Of a stretch of 64,000 bases of DNA, positions 40,803-50,852 are shown in pieces. The translations under genes and the position numbers were made by a program. The DNA is from Spirochaetia bacterium (lineage in GTDB: Bacteria; Spirochaetota; Spirochaetia; SP-2023). The stretch lies in contig OZ253665.1 in NCBI GenBank assembly GCA_965263295.1, positions 1,568,001-1,632,000 on the forward strand. The letters run 5' to 3'. Every line of letters starts with the position of its first letter. The stretch's first letter is position 1. Below the pieces are notes generated by a model. The model searched no databases, was not told the DNA's origin, and saw only the letters and a list, made by a program, of their open reading frames with translations.

Positions 40803-41591
40803 ATGCCCAGAGCCATTTTCAAGCTTTTCCAGGCGATTTTACAGCGCTTCGGGGCATCTTTTGCCCTACTATTGTTGCTGTTTGTCGTTTGGGAGGCCGC
40901 CGTTCACCTGTGGCAGATTCCGCGCTACATTCTGCCCAGTCCCAGCGCCATTTTTAGCTTACTTGGAGATGAGGCGATATGCAATCTGCTTTGGAAGCAC
41001 ACACAAATAACCTTGCAGGAGACGGCCTGGGGCCTTCTCAGCTCGGTGCTACTGGCCATCTCTCTCGGCCTGCTGATGGAACGTTTTGTATTCCTGCACC
41101 GCAGTATCTTCCCCTTGCTGGTTTTGTCCCAGAGCCTGCCGAGCATTGTCATCGCCCCCTTATTGATGATTGTCCTCGGCTTTGGCATGGCCACCAAGAT
41201 TACGGTCATCACGCTCTACTGCTTTTTCCCGATCGCAACTAGTTTCAGCAGTGGCTTGCGCAGCCTGGATCAGGACTACCGCCACTTGCTGCACAGCTTC
41301 GGAGCCAATTTTTGGCAGATTGTCGCCAAGGTGCAGTTTCGCTGGGCCTTGCCCAGCTTCTTTGCCGGCTTAAAAATTGCCGCCACCTACAGCGTTTCAG
41401 GTGCTGTCCTTTCGGAATTTTTTGGTTCTAGCAAGGGCCTGGGCATTTACATGCGCAATGCTTTCTCCAGTTCGCGCACCGATGTCTTGTTTTTAATCGC
41501 TTTTATTATTGTCTTCAGTAGCATTGCCCTGGTGGCCATGGTCATTCTCGGTGAACGCCTGCTTTGCCGCCATCAACTCGATATCAAATAG
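40803..41591 (+). CDS. ABC permease, thiamine/HMP precursor uptake (ThiX-like)
   Basis: YILPSPSAI, SQSLPSIVIAPLL, FFPI, ALPSFFAGLKIA, GLG. Confidence 0.88.
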   Translation: MPRAIFKLFQAILQRFGASFALLLLLFVVWEAAVHLWQIPRYILPSPSAIFSLLGDEAICNLLWKHTQITLQETAWGLLSSVLLAISLGLLMERFVFLHRSIFPLLVLSQSLPSIVIAPLLMIVLGFGMATKITVITLYCFFPIATSFSSGLRSLDQDYRHLLHSFGANFWQIVAKVQFRWALPSFFAGLKIAATYSVSGAVLSEFFGSSKGLGIYMRNAFSSSRTDVLFLIAFIIVFSSIALVAMVILGERLLCRHQLDIK

Positions 41592-41599
41592 GGAAAAAT

Positions 41600-42679
41600 A
41601 TGGGACACAAAGAAAATTCTAATCAGAAAAATTTTAATCGGGAACTAATTCGAAAACGCAATATTCTCTATTTAATTAGCCTTGCTTCTCTTGTATTGCT
41701 TGCATTGCTTGCCTGTAACCGAAGACAAGCCTCTGCCGGCGCCAAACAAAACGAAGCCCAATCTGCCCCAAGCACAGAAAAACTTGTCTTTGCCCTGGAC
41801 TGGACCCCCAACACAAACCACACGGGCTTGTACGTGGCCCAGAAACGCGGCTATTTTAGAGAGGCGGGGTTAGAGGTTGAGATACGCATGCCGCAGACAA
41901 GCGTAACCCAATTGATTGCCAGCGGCCGCATTCCTTTTGGCATTGGATTTCAAGAATTTGGCACCAGTTCCATGGCCAATGAAGATATCCCGATTATCTC
42001 TGTGGCTGCTGTTTTGCAACACAATACTTCCGGTTTCACTTCCATGACAGACCGCAATATTCTACGGCCGCGCGATTTTGGCGGCAAGCTTTTTGCAAGC
42101 TGGGGAAACCCTTTTGAGATTAGCTTGGTGAAACACTTAATCGCCGCCGATGGCGGCGATCCCAATGACTTTGACAGCGTCAATATTGGAGAAGCCAGCC
42201 TAGCCGGACTGCTGCAGAACAAAGTGGACTACGTAAATACCTTCTATGCCTGGGAAAACATTGGCTTTGATCTCCAGGGCTTAGAAACTAACTTCATCCC
42301 AATAAAGGATCTAGATCCCGTCTTTGACTACTACACGCCAATCATTATCGCCAACCTCAGCTATATTAAGCAGAACCAGGATATATCACAGCGTTTTATC
42401 CAGACAGTAGCTAGAGGCTATGAATATGCCGCCCAAAATCCGGACCAAGCAGCTGAGATCTTACTTGAATATGCTCCCGAACTGGAACGCGAATTAGTGA
42501 TGCGCTCTCAGCGCTATCTCAGCCGCTACTACCTCGATGAAAATGGAGAGTGGGGTCTGCAAAATCCTGAAGTTTGGGATCGCCTGAGTCAATGGATGTT
42601 CGACAATCAACTCATCGATAAAATAGTGCCGACAGACAAGGCCATGACAAACGAATTATTGCGGCCGCAAGCCCAATAA
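41600..42679 (+). CDS. ABC substrate-binding lipoprotein, NMT1/THI5 family (ThiY-like)
   Basis: Lipobox LLALLA|C; LDWTPNTNHTGLYVA; QHNTSG; YAWE; DYYTP. ATG 41600 chosen. Confidence 0.9.
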   Translation: MGHKENSNQKNFNRELIRKRNILYLISLASLVLLALLACNRRQASAGAKQNEAQSAPSTEKLVFALDWTPNTNHTGLYVAQKRGYFREAGLEVEIRMPQTSVTQLIASGRIPFGIGFQEFGTSSMANEDIPIISVAAVLQHNTSGFTSMTDRNILRPRDFGGKLFASWGNPFEISLVKHLIAADGGDPNDFDSVNIGEASLAGLLQNKVDYVNTFYAWENIGFDLQGLETNFIPIKDLDPVFDYYTPIIIANLSYIKQNQDISQRFIQTVARGYEYAAQNPDQAAEILLEYAPELERELVMRSQRYLSRYYLDENGEWGLQNPEVWDRLSQWMFDNQLIDKIVPTDKAMTNELLRPQAQ

Positions 42680-42681
42680 AT

Positions 42682-43443
42682 ATGGCCGATGCTCCAGTGT
42701 CGCAAGGTCGCGCCGCCCTGGAAATCCAGGATCTGAGCAAGAGTTTTGGCCAACTGCAAGTTATTCAGAACTTAAGCTTCAGCTTGCCCTCGCATCAGAC
42801 ATTAGCACTCATCGGGCCTTCCGGCTGCGGTAAATCTAGCTTGCTAAACCTGATCAGCGGTCTCGACTGCGATTACAGTGGCCGGATTTGGCTTGCAGGT
42901 CGCGAACTGCAGCGAACAGAAAAACGTAGAGCCAGTAATGACATCGCGACTCAAGTGGGCTACATGCTTCAAAAAGATTTGTTGTTACCTTGGCGCAATA
43001 TTGAACAAAACGTTTTTTTGCCACAGGAGCTGCATCACTTGAACACATATTCGCGCGCAGAAGTCGACGAACTCTTTGCTCTCTTTGGTCTAGAAGGCTT
43101 CCGCAGGGCCTATCCACGGGAACTCAGTGGCGGAATGCGGCAACGCGCCAATCTACTGCGCACTTACACGCTAAAGAGCGACCTGCTACTACTCGACGAA
43201 CCATTTGGCGCTCTCGACGCTCTAACCAAGCAATCCTTGCAATATTGGTTTCTCGAAATGAGTAAGCTACAACCACGCAGTATTTTGTTGGTAACACACG
43301 ATATTCGTGAAGCCATCTTGCTTGCAGATCAAGTGTTAGCCTTATCAATGCGGCCTTGCCGCAGCTTGGCGCATTTTGACGTCAAAGGAACTATGTACGA
43401 CAAAGAGCTGGAACGAAATATATTCTCGTATCTGCGCAGTTAA
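42682..43443 (+). CDS. ABC ATP-binding protein (ThiZ-like)
   Basis: GPSGCGKSS, LQKDLLLPWR, LSGGMRQR, LLDEPFGALD, VTHD. Confidence 0.9.
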   Translation: MADAPVSQGRAALEIQDLSKSFGQLQVIQNLSFSLPSHQTLALIGPSGCGKSSLLNLISGLDCDYSGRIWLAGRELQRTEKRRASNDIATQVGYMLQKDLLLPWRNIEQNVFLPQELHHLNTYSRAEVDELFALFGLEGFRRAYPRELSGGMRQRANLLRTYTLKSDLLLLDEPFGALDALTKQSLQYWFLEMSKLQPRSILLVTHDIREAILLADQVLALSMRPCRSLAHFDVKGTMYDKELERNIFSYLRS

Positions 43444-43747
43444 TTGAGGGAGCCTGGTCTCACCGCCGGCGAGTATAGCGCAGGCTGCCTAAATTTCTTC
43501 CCCCAATTTTTCTACAATTGATTTCTCCTGGCTTTTACGCATCGTGCGGCGCACACCATGCTGTCGCAGCGAGCTTGAACCCACGCGCAGGCTATAACAA
43601 GGCTTAAATCACCGAAATGAAGCAGCTAACGCACAATAATATCAACCGGGCCAAGGAATGTGCCGAAGCCTCTACCTAGCAAGCCGAGGTGTTGGCGAGT
43701 TAATTCAGCATCCTGAGACAAAGAACTGAAGAAATAAAATCAGATCA

Positions 43748-43784
43748 GGAGGGTTATGGTGAGTAGCGCCCCATGAACCCCTCC
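43748..43784 (-). terminator. Hairpin just downstream of rny (possible terminator)
   Basis: Imperfect inverted repeat GGAGGGTTATGG ... CCATGAACCCCTCC, 22 nt after the rny stop; weak U-tract. Confidence 0.45.
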
Positions 43785-43805
43785 ATGTCCTATATTCAAA
43801 CTTTT

Positions 43806-45347
43806 CTATTTGGCATATTCAATTGCGCGAGTTTCGCGAATGATAGTCACGCGAATGTGCCCAGGATACTGCATCTCGGTCTCAATGCGCCGAACAATAA
43901 CCTTTGCCAACTCCCTAGCCGCCATATCCGAAACACTTTCATGGTTGACCATAATTCGCAACTCGCGTCCGGCCTGAACAGCATAGACTTTATCCACGCC
44001 ATCGTAGCTAAGCGCAATATTTTCGAGGTTTTCCAAACGCTTGATATAATTTTCCACGGACTCGCGCCGAGCGCCGGGACGAGCTGCCGACAAAGCATCG
44101 GCCAACTTGACTACAACCAGTTCGGGATGCGAGGCATCGGCATCGCCATGGTGGTCAGAAATGGCTTCAAGAACCAGTTCGTGTTCGCCCAGACGCCTAG
44201 TCAGCTCTTCACCGGCATGCGCGTGGTCCAAATCTGGATTATCTACCAACCCCTTGCCCACATCGTGCAATAGACCGCCACGCTTGCAGATTTCCGGATC
44301 CAGTCCCAGTTCCGCGCCAATCATGGCCGCGATCTTGGCGACCTCACAAGAATGGTGGAGAATATTCTGCCCATAGCTGGTACGAAAGTACAAACGCCCC
44401 AGGGCGCGCACGCCTTCGGGCTTCATATTGTGGATATTCAACTCGTAAAGAACCTTTTCAGCCTCTCTGCGCATCAACTGATTCAGTTCCTTGCTAACTT
44501 TATTAACGGTCTCTTCAATGCGCACCGGATGTATGCGACCGTCGACCACCAGGCGCTCCAGTGCGGTCTTGGCAATAGCCCTGCGCACCGGATCAAAACA
44601 AGAAATGACGACAGCTTCGGGGGTATCGTCGATAATGATGTCGACACCTGTGAGCGTTTCCAAAGAACGAATATTCCGCCCTTCCTTGCCGATAATGCGA
44701 CCTTTCATTTCTTCACTCGGCAGCGATACCGCTGTGACTGACTGCTCGGCCGCGACTTCGGTTCCAATACGCTGCATCGTAGTAATCAGAATATCGCGTG
44801 CGCGTAGTTCTGCATTCTCGCGAGCCTCTTCTTCAATCACCTGCAGGCGTTCATAAGCGTCATGATGCGCTTCTTTTTCCATAGCCTCAATAATTTGGCG
44901 CTTGGCCTCTTCGCGGTTCATGCCCGCAGTCAGCTCCAGCTTGCTGACTAATTCAGCCTTTTGCCCTTGGATTTCTTCTTCTTCTGTCACTAGCCGTTCT
45001 TTGGTTTGCTTTAGTTGGCTCTCCAGCGCATGTATTTCTTCCATCTTGCGCTCAAGATTGTCTTCTTTTCGCTCTAAGCGATTTTCACGCTTCTGCAAAT
45101 CACGATTCCGGTTTTCTGCAAGCTTCTCTGTGCGCTTTTGCTCCTTGAGTATCAACTGTTCCACTTCCAAAAGTCGATCTTTTTTGAGCTGTGCTGCGTC
45201 CCGCTCGGCCTCCTGCAGCGTGTTTTGTGCTGTACGCTCAATAGAGCTCGCATTGCTGCGAGCCATAACGAATCTTGCTATCCAGCCTAGAATAAAACCA
45301 ATAACGGGAAACAGAAAAAGGTATATTGTGTTTATATTCATTTTCAC
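43806..45347 (-). CDS. rny: Ribonuclease Y
   Basis: N-terminal TM, coiled coil, KH domain (KGRIIGKEGRNIR), HD motif (LLHDVGK), ADALSAARPGARRE. Confidence 0.97.
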   Translation of the reverse strand: MKMNINTIYLFLFPVIGFILGWIARFVMARSNASSIERTAQNTLQEAERDAAQLKKDRLLEVEQLILKEQKRTEKLAENRNRDLQKRENRLERKEDNLERKMEEIHALESQLKQTKERLVTEEEEIQGQKAELVSKLELTAGMNREEAKRQIIEAMEKEAHHDAYERLQVIEEEARENAELRARDILITTMQRIGTEVAAEQSVTAVSLPSEEMKGRIIGKEGRNIRSLETLTGVDIIIDDTPEAVVISCFDPVRRAIAKTALERLVVDGRIHPVRIEETVNKVSKELNQLMRREAEKVLYELNIHNMKPEGVRALGRLYFRTSYGQNILHHSCEVAKIAAMIGAELGLDPEICKRGGLLHDVGKGLVDNPDLDHAHAGEELTRRLGEHELVLEAISDHHGDADASHPELVVVKLADALSAARPGARRESVENYIKRLENLENIALSYDGVDKVYAVQAGRELRIMVNHESVSDMAARELAKVIVRRIETEMQYPGHIRVTIIRETRAIEYAK

Positions 45348-45646
45348 TCTCCCTAACTGTATTTCACGAATTTAAATTGCACAACAATATACAAATGCAG
45401 AACCCGAATATTGAAGGCAATTATCAAATTTACTAATGTAGTTAAGTGAACGGTTCGGGGCAAGCTACCGAGGCGACGCAACGACAGGTAAAACGATGCA
45501 CTTGTCATTCTATATGCCAAGCATTGCAGTCAACTTAGCCACATACACACAGAACTGCAATTTTTTTTACAAACGTGAAAGAAAGGAGAAATTTTTATTT
45601 TATTATAAAATTCAAAACTAGTTAGAACCCAAACAAGTTCTGAATA

Positions 45647-45719
45647 TCGGGCTGGGCGGATTCGAACCGCCGACCACAAGTCCCCCAGACTTGTACGCTA
45701 ACCTCTGCGCTACAGCCCG
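45647..45719 (-). tRNA. tRNA-Pro (GGG); CCA not encoded
   Basis: Minus strand CGGGCTG TAGCGCAGAGGTTAGCGTA CAAGT CTGGGGG ACTTG TGGTC GGCGG TTCGAAT CCGCC CAGCCCG A forms a full cloverleaf. Confidence 0.97.
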
Positions 45720-45836
45720 TGCATATCAATTAGGATTTTATCATTCACAGAAGTCTTCTCAGGGTCAAGTGCCCGACGAGTTCCCCAAACAGATTCGGCA
45801 CAATTATTAGAAAAATTGTTTCTGTCAAAAATAAAT

Positions 45837-46676
45837 CTAGAGTTTTTCCCCCGGACGGTAAGCCCGCAACAGGACATGAGCCATCCAGCTGGCAGGCAGC
45901 CTCCGCACCAAGTGGTAGACTAGAGAACCGCACAAGCCAACTGTGATAATCTCCTTTCTTTTCGCAATCCCGTGCAAAATACCCCGGGATATTCTCTCTG
46001 GAGGAGCGATAAGCAGGGCTTCAAGCCCAGAAAACTGCTTGTGTAAGCCACTTTGATAATACATATTCGTAGCCATGCCTCCGATCAGCGAAATACTCAG
46101 CAGGCCGCGCGTGGCAGCAAAACCGCAATCAGCCCGCTGCTCTTGCGCCACAGCCTGCACAAAAGACAATAGCGCAGCCTTGCTGGCTGAATATATCGCC
46201 TGATAAGGCAGCGGAAAAATGCAAGCATAACTGCCGGCCACATGTAAAAAGCCACCGCGCTGCCGAAAATACGGCAATAAATCTAGAACTAGGCGCATTA
46301 CGTTCACCAGGTTCACCTGCAACAACTCCTGATAAGCACGCCAGGTCTCAGCGATATCCCCTCCAATAAAGTCCTGATAACAAGTTTTACCCGTAGCTAC
46401 AATCATGCCATCCACGGCGGCCTGCCGGATTCGCTCGGCAAATGCGGCCATATCCTCGCCGGCAACAGTCCAGGCTTCCAGTCCAGCCCTTGGCCCGGCA
46501 CCTGGCGCCTGCAAATTCTCAGACAGGTTCTCCAGCTTATCCGCGTTGCGGCCGGCCAACACCAAGCCAGCCGCCTGATCGCGCAGTTCACGACACAAAG
46601 CCTCTCCCAAGCCTCCCGTGGCGCCATAGACAAGCACTTTTTTCCCGCGATAAAAATTACGCTGCTTTTTGTTCAT
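45837..46676 (-). CDS. Short-chain dehydrogenase/reductase
   Basis: YGATGGLG Rossmann motif; VNL; YSASK catalytic motif. ATG 46676 chosen. Confidence 0.88.
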   Translation of the reverse strand: MNKKQRNFYRGKKVLVYGATGGLGEALCRELRDQAAGLVLAGRNADKLENLSENLQAPGAGPRAGLEAWTVAGEDMAAFAERIRQAAVDGMIVATGKTCYQDFIGGDIAETWRAYQELLQVNLVNVMRLVLDLLPYFRQRGGFLHVAGSYACIFPLPYQAIYSASKAALLSFVQAVAQEQRADCGFAATRGLLSISLIGGMATNMYYQSGLHKQFSGLEALLIAPPERISRGILHGIAKRKEIITVGLCGSLVYHLVRRLPASWMAHVLLRAYRPGEKL

Positions 46677-46888
46677 GACTGGAACTCCTACCAAATCGCC
46701 AAATCAATTAGTCAATTAATCATTCAACCGGAGAGCCGACCCGTAAAATCGGATTCTTGCGGCCCAGATTTTCCCTCCCTCCAGAAGACAGCAGCTTTAT
46801 ATCAGCCGGCCAACTCCACCGGCGCCATATTTTCGCAGTGGCAAGTCCCTGCCGCAGCCACAAAACGAATGACCCGGCAGTGAAGCTT

Positions 46889-47947
46889 CTAACGCAGGCG
46901 CTTGCGCCGCCACTTGTAGTCCACCTTGACCTGCAGGTCAAGCTGCACAGGGCAGCCAAATTCGCGGCGCACCGCTCGACTGCTGCGCTTGCAGATTTCA
47001 CGGATGCGAGTTCCCCCCTTGCCGACCAGTATGCCTTTCTGCGACTCGCGTTCGACCTGTAAAAATGCCCGCACCCACAAGCCCCTCTCCGGCCAGTCCG
47101 CGCGGGCAAGCCCCTGCAGCTGAGCCGCCGCCCCATCAATTTGGGCCAACGGGCGGCTTTCCAAGTCCGCGACATGCACATACAGAGCATATGGCAGCTC
47201 GCGGCCACAGAAAGGCAGCGCCTGCTCCCGAATCAATTCCTGAATGCGAAACTGTGGCTCCTGGTCGGTATAGACATCGGCCTCGTAAAGTGGCTCACCT
47301 GCGGGCAATTGCCGCCCCAGGAACTGCAACATGGCTTCGAGTCCGTGGCCCTTACTGGCCGAAATCTCAAAACACTGTTCACGGGATAGCTGCGGAAAAT
47401 AATGGCGCAGCAATTCCAGATATTGCGCAAACCTCTGCGCACGCAGGCTCTTGTCGGCCAGCAGATCGGTCTTATTCAAGGCGATGACCAGGGGAAATGA
47501 AGCGCAAGCTTCCTGCCCGATAACTCCCCGCAACAAAGCCAGCAACCCAGGCTCTTCTCCGCCAGCTGGCTGCGAAGCATCAAAGGCGCAACCATCTGTA
47601 AAAGCTTGCGACCTTGATCTAGGCACAGACTTCGGCGGGCGACTGAGATCCAGCAGATACAACACAGCTTCGGCCTCCCGCACAGCGCGGGAGAGCTCCT
47701 CGCGCAATTGCCCAGCCAGAAAGTCTTCAGTTTCAGTAAAACCGGGAGTATCGAGAAATACCACTTGGCTAGCCGGCCGATTGACGATGCCGCGAATCAC
47801 ATTGCGCGTGGTTTGCGGCTTGGGAGAAGTAATCGCCACTTTCTGGCCGCACAACGCATTCAACAGCGTGGACTTACCCGAAGAAGGTCGCCCCACCAGG
47901 GCGACAAAACCCGCGCGAAAGGTTTCGCTTCGCTCATCTTTGATCAT
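46889..47947 (-). CDS. era: GTPase Era
   Basis: GRPSSGKSTL, PQTTR, DTPG, NKTD, ISA, ELPY, SQKGILVGKGG. Confidence 0.95.
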   Translation of the reverse strand: MIKDERSETFRAGFVALVGRPSSGKSTLLNALCGQKVAITSPKPQTTRNVIRGIVNRPASQVVFLDTPGFTETEDFLAGQLREELSRAVREAEAVLYLLDLSRPPKSVPRSRSQAFTDGCAFDASQPAGGEEPGLLALLRGVIGQEACASFPLVIALNKTDLLADKSLRAQRFAQYLELLRHYFPQLSREQCFEISASKGHGLEAMLQFLGRQLPAGEPLYEADVYTDQEPQFRIQELIREQALPFCGRELPYALYVHVADLESRPLAQIDGAAAQLQGLARADWPERGLWVRAFLQVERESQKGILVGKGGTRIREICKRSSRAVRREFGCPVQLDLQVKVDYKWRRKRLR

Positions 47948-47965
47948 GCACTACTCCATTCCGAC

Positions 47966-49375
47966 TCAAAGAAAGTGCTGTATCAGGTCGGGGAACTCTG
48001 GCTGCAGGGCCTGGAGCAGGTCATGATACTGGGAACTGCGCCCATCTTCACGGTCGCCATACAGCTTCGCCAGCCAATATAGGCTGGCACAATGCCCAGT
48101 ATCGCGCTGCAAGACTTCGAGAAAACTGCGTTCCGCTTCGGCATAATCACCCTCCAGATACCGACTCACCCCGTGATAATACGGCAACTGCCATTTCAGC
48201 GGGGCCCGCCAGCCCAATTCGCGCGCGCGGGACAGGGCCTTGCTCGCGCTGCGCCCCGGCTTCGCCGCGCCAGCCGCGTCTCCCTCCGCTGTCGCGGTCT
48301 CAGCTGCCAGGTCGCGCAGGCTCGCCACATCGCTGCCATAGAGCAAGCAGAGTCCGCGCAGATACCAGAGTGGCCCACTCTGCGGATGCTCTCGCAGCAA
48401 CTCATCCAGATCAGCCAGTGGCGTCAACCACAGGGCGGCCTTAAGCCCGGCTGTCGCCTCGGTGCCATAGATGTCGAGGAATTCACGCAGCGCCTCCGTT
48501 TTCAGACCGGTGTTGTCTGGGCTGCCATCGCTCTGTCCTCCTCCGGCCTCATACAGCTTGTCCGCCTGCAGAGCCCGCTGCAAATCATTGTACATTGTCG
48601 CCCAACGCAGCTGCAGAGCCTTGGCCGCCTCGTCATTGCCCTGCATCTGCTCACAAATGCCCAGACTTTGCAGGTAACTATGGCATTTGCCCCACAGCGG
48701 GTTCTCAGGCGACAACGCCAACTGCTGGGCAGAGATAAAAGCCTCGTAGGCAGCCGGAAAATTCCAGCACTGCAGGTAATAATATCCCAACTGATAATAG
48801 CAGCGGGCGTCCATGCTGTCGCTCTGTAAGAGCTGCTTGTAGACCAAAGACGCCCGTTCCCAGGCATCTCTGCAGTCGGCGAAGCGTTGCTCCTGCAGGG
48901 CCTGCTCTGCTTCCTGTTCATAAAGGTAACTCAACTCCAGCAATGGCCAATTGGCAGACGGCAGGAGGAAAAGCAAAATACCTACGGTATCGCGAGCATT
49001 TTGCCATAGTTTTTGCGCATACTGATCGCGCAAACGATCCTGTAAAATATGCGGCAACTCCGGCTCCAGCGCCAGCAGAAAGTCCTTGTAATAACTGCAG
49101 TGCTCATGCTTCGGCTCGTACAAGGCGATATACAAGATGCCATCCACGATGCCATCCCAATCCAAGGCCGCAGTATCCGTTTCTACTTCAGCCGCCGCTT
49201 GGCGCAGAATATACGGCAGGGGAATCGCTGGATCAATTTGCGAGACAAAACTCAGACCCCCTGCGTTTTCCATATTTTCTACGTTTTCAGCGCCACTTTC
49301 ACTCGGCTCTTCGTCTGTATGCTGCAGACGCTCACGTATCGCCTCGCGGTCCAACTGAATATATAATAGTTCCAT
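47966..49375 (-). CDS. TPR-containing hypothetical protein
   Basis: TPR-like helices (CYYQLGYYY, LWYLRGLC, YYHGVSRYLEGDYAEAE); ends 19 nt before era on the same strand. Confidence 0.75.
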   Translation of the reverse strand: MELLYIQLDREAIRERLQHTDEEPSESGAENVENMENAGGLSFVSQIDPAIPLPYILRQAAAEVETDTAALDWDGIVDGILYIALYEPKHEHCSYYKDFLLALEPELPHILQDRLRDQYAQKLWQNARDTVGILLFLLPSANWPLLELSYLYEQEAEQALQEQRFADCRDAWERASLVYKQLLQSDSMDARCYYQLGYYYLQCWNFPAAYEAFISAQQLALSPENPLWGKCHSYLQSLGICEQMQGNDEAAKALQLRWATMYNDLQRALQADKLYEAGGGQSDGSPDNTGLKTEALREFLDIYGTEATAGLKAALWLTPLADLDELLREHPQSGPLWYLRGLCLLYGSDVASLRDLAAETATAEGDAAGAAKPGRSASKALSRARELGWRAPLKWQLPYYHGVSRYLEGDYAEAERSFLEVLQRDTGHCASLYWLAKLYGDREDGRSSQYHDLLQALQPEFPDLIQHFL

Positions 49376-49497
49376 GCTCTGAAAAAATCCTTACAAACCC
49401 GATCTTAGACAAAAAAACATCTTATTCTTAACATTCGCTCCAGATAATGTCAAAACAAACTCAAACTGCTAGGGAAGCAGCCGAGGCGGGACAAACT

Positions 49498-50820
49498 TCA
49501 AATTTTCCTCTGGGCGTGAATATTGAGCACCAGCCCCAGTGACGACATGGCTGTTATCAACGCAGAGCCCCCATAAGATACCAATAGCAAAGGTATTCCA
49601 GTAATAGGTACCAAGTGGATAGTCATTCCCACATTCTGAATAAAATGAAAAAAGAACATACCCGAAACGCCAATTACAATTGAACGCAGCACGAGATCCT
49701 GGCAGGCGCGCGCAATTAAAATCATGCGTAAAATCAACATAAAATAAATCACAAAAACCAGTGAAGCGACAAAAAAACCGCCTTCCTCGCCAATGATGGC
49801 AAACAAAAAGTCAGTACTTTGGCTCTGCTCCGGCAAATACCCATAATGGGCAATCAGTCCCTGCAGATAACCCTTGCCCCACATGCCGCCGGAACCAATA
49901 GCCCGCAGCGACTGCGTCAAGTTCCAGCCTGAAGCCAGCTTATCGAGATCCGGATTCAAAAAGCTGACGATGCGGTCTTTCATGTAGGGCTTCATCCAGG
50001 AGTTGAAGAACCAGGTAATCATGGAAGCACTGAGCAAAAGTAGATTGACGCTGATCGCGACACGGTAGAACGGCAATTTCAAATACAGCAGGCCCACTAC
50101 AGAGAAGAGCAGCAAGAGCCCCAAACCACCTAAATAAATCATAAAAGTTTGAGGTACGCTAAAGACATGAGCCAGGTTCCAGATGAAGCTGCCAATCTCG
50201 GCATAGGGCTCCCAAATTTGCAAAAACAGCAGGAATACGAACAAGAGCCCAAACAAAAACAGGTGGTTGAGCCAGACAAAATTGCCACCCATCACATAGA
50301 GACTGATAAACCAGATCGGCGCAAATACCGAGGCTGTGCCGATATCCCCCTGAAAAATAACCAGAGCCATCGGCAAAATCGTGATGCCCAGGCTGACCAA
50401 AAACGTCACGATGCCCGCACGCTTTTCTTCGCTGCGCGAGCCCAAATATTTTCCCAAAAAGATAATGTAACAAAATTTAGCGAACTCTGAAGGTTGAATG
50501 CCCAGACCGAAAAGCCCCAGCCAGGCCCTAGTCCCATAACGGCTAGTCGCCAGCAAACCAGTCAGCAACAGCACGACCATGACGCCAAAGTAAAGCTGGC
50601 TGCTGTAGCCCAGCAAAAAGTCCAGCTTGATACGGCTCAATAGCAACAGCATCAAAGTCCCGACGATAATCCACACCAGCTGACGTAAAAACTGATAGCT
50701 CTCAATTTCGCCTTCCGCAGATAAACTACTGGAAAATATATATAACTCACCCAATATTAAAAGCGCTGCCGTACAGGCAATTAAGATAAGATCAATGGGA
50801 TCTTCTTGTAAGTTACGCAA
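49498..50820 (-). CDS. rodA: Rod shape-determining protein RodA (SEDS family)
   Basis: IQPSEFAK, DIGTA, AIGSGG..GKG, TDFLFA..GEE.G, PITGIPL..VSYGGS; TTG start with GGAGG. Confidence 0.95.
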   Translation of the reverse strand: MRNLQEDPIDLILIACTAALLILGELYIFSSSLSAEGEIESYQFLRQLVWIIVGTLMLLLLSRIKLDFLLGYSSQLYFGVMVVLLLTGLLATSRYGTRAWLGLFGLGIQPSEFAKFCYIIFLGKYLGSRSEEKRAGIVTFLVSLGITILPMALVIFQGDIGTASVFAPIWFISLYVMGGNFVWLNHLFLFGLLFVFLLFLQIWEPYAEIGSFIWNLAHVFSVPQTFMIYLGGLGLLLLFSVVGLLYLKLPFYRVAISVNLLLLSASMITWFFNSWMKPYMKDRIVSFLNPDLDKLASGWNLTQSLRAIGSGGMWGKGYLQGLIAHYGYLPEQSQSTDFLFAIIGEEGGFFVASLVFVIYFMLILRMILIARACQDLVLRSIVIGVSGMFFFHFIQNVGMTIHLVPITGIPLLLVSYGGSALITAMSSLGLVLNIHAQRKI

Positions 50821-50852
50821 TATTAAAAACCCTCCAGCGGAATCAATGTAGC

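Noticed and set aside
43570..43590. CTTGAACCCACG as a tRNA remnant or attachment site
   Set aside because: No cloverleaf, no duplicate copy and no integrase in the window.
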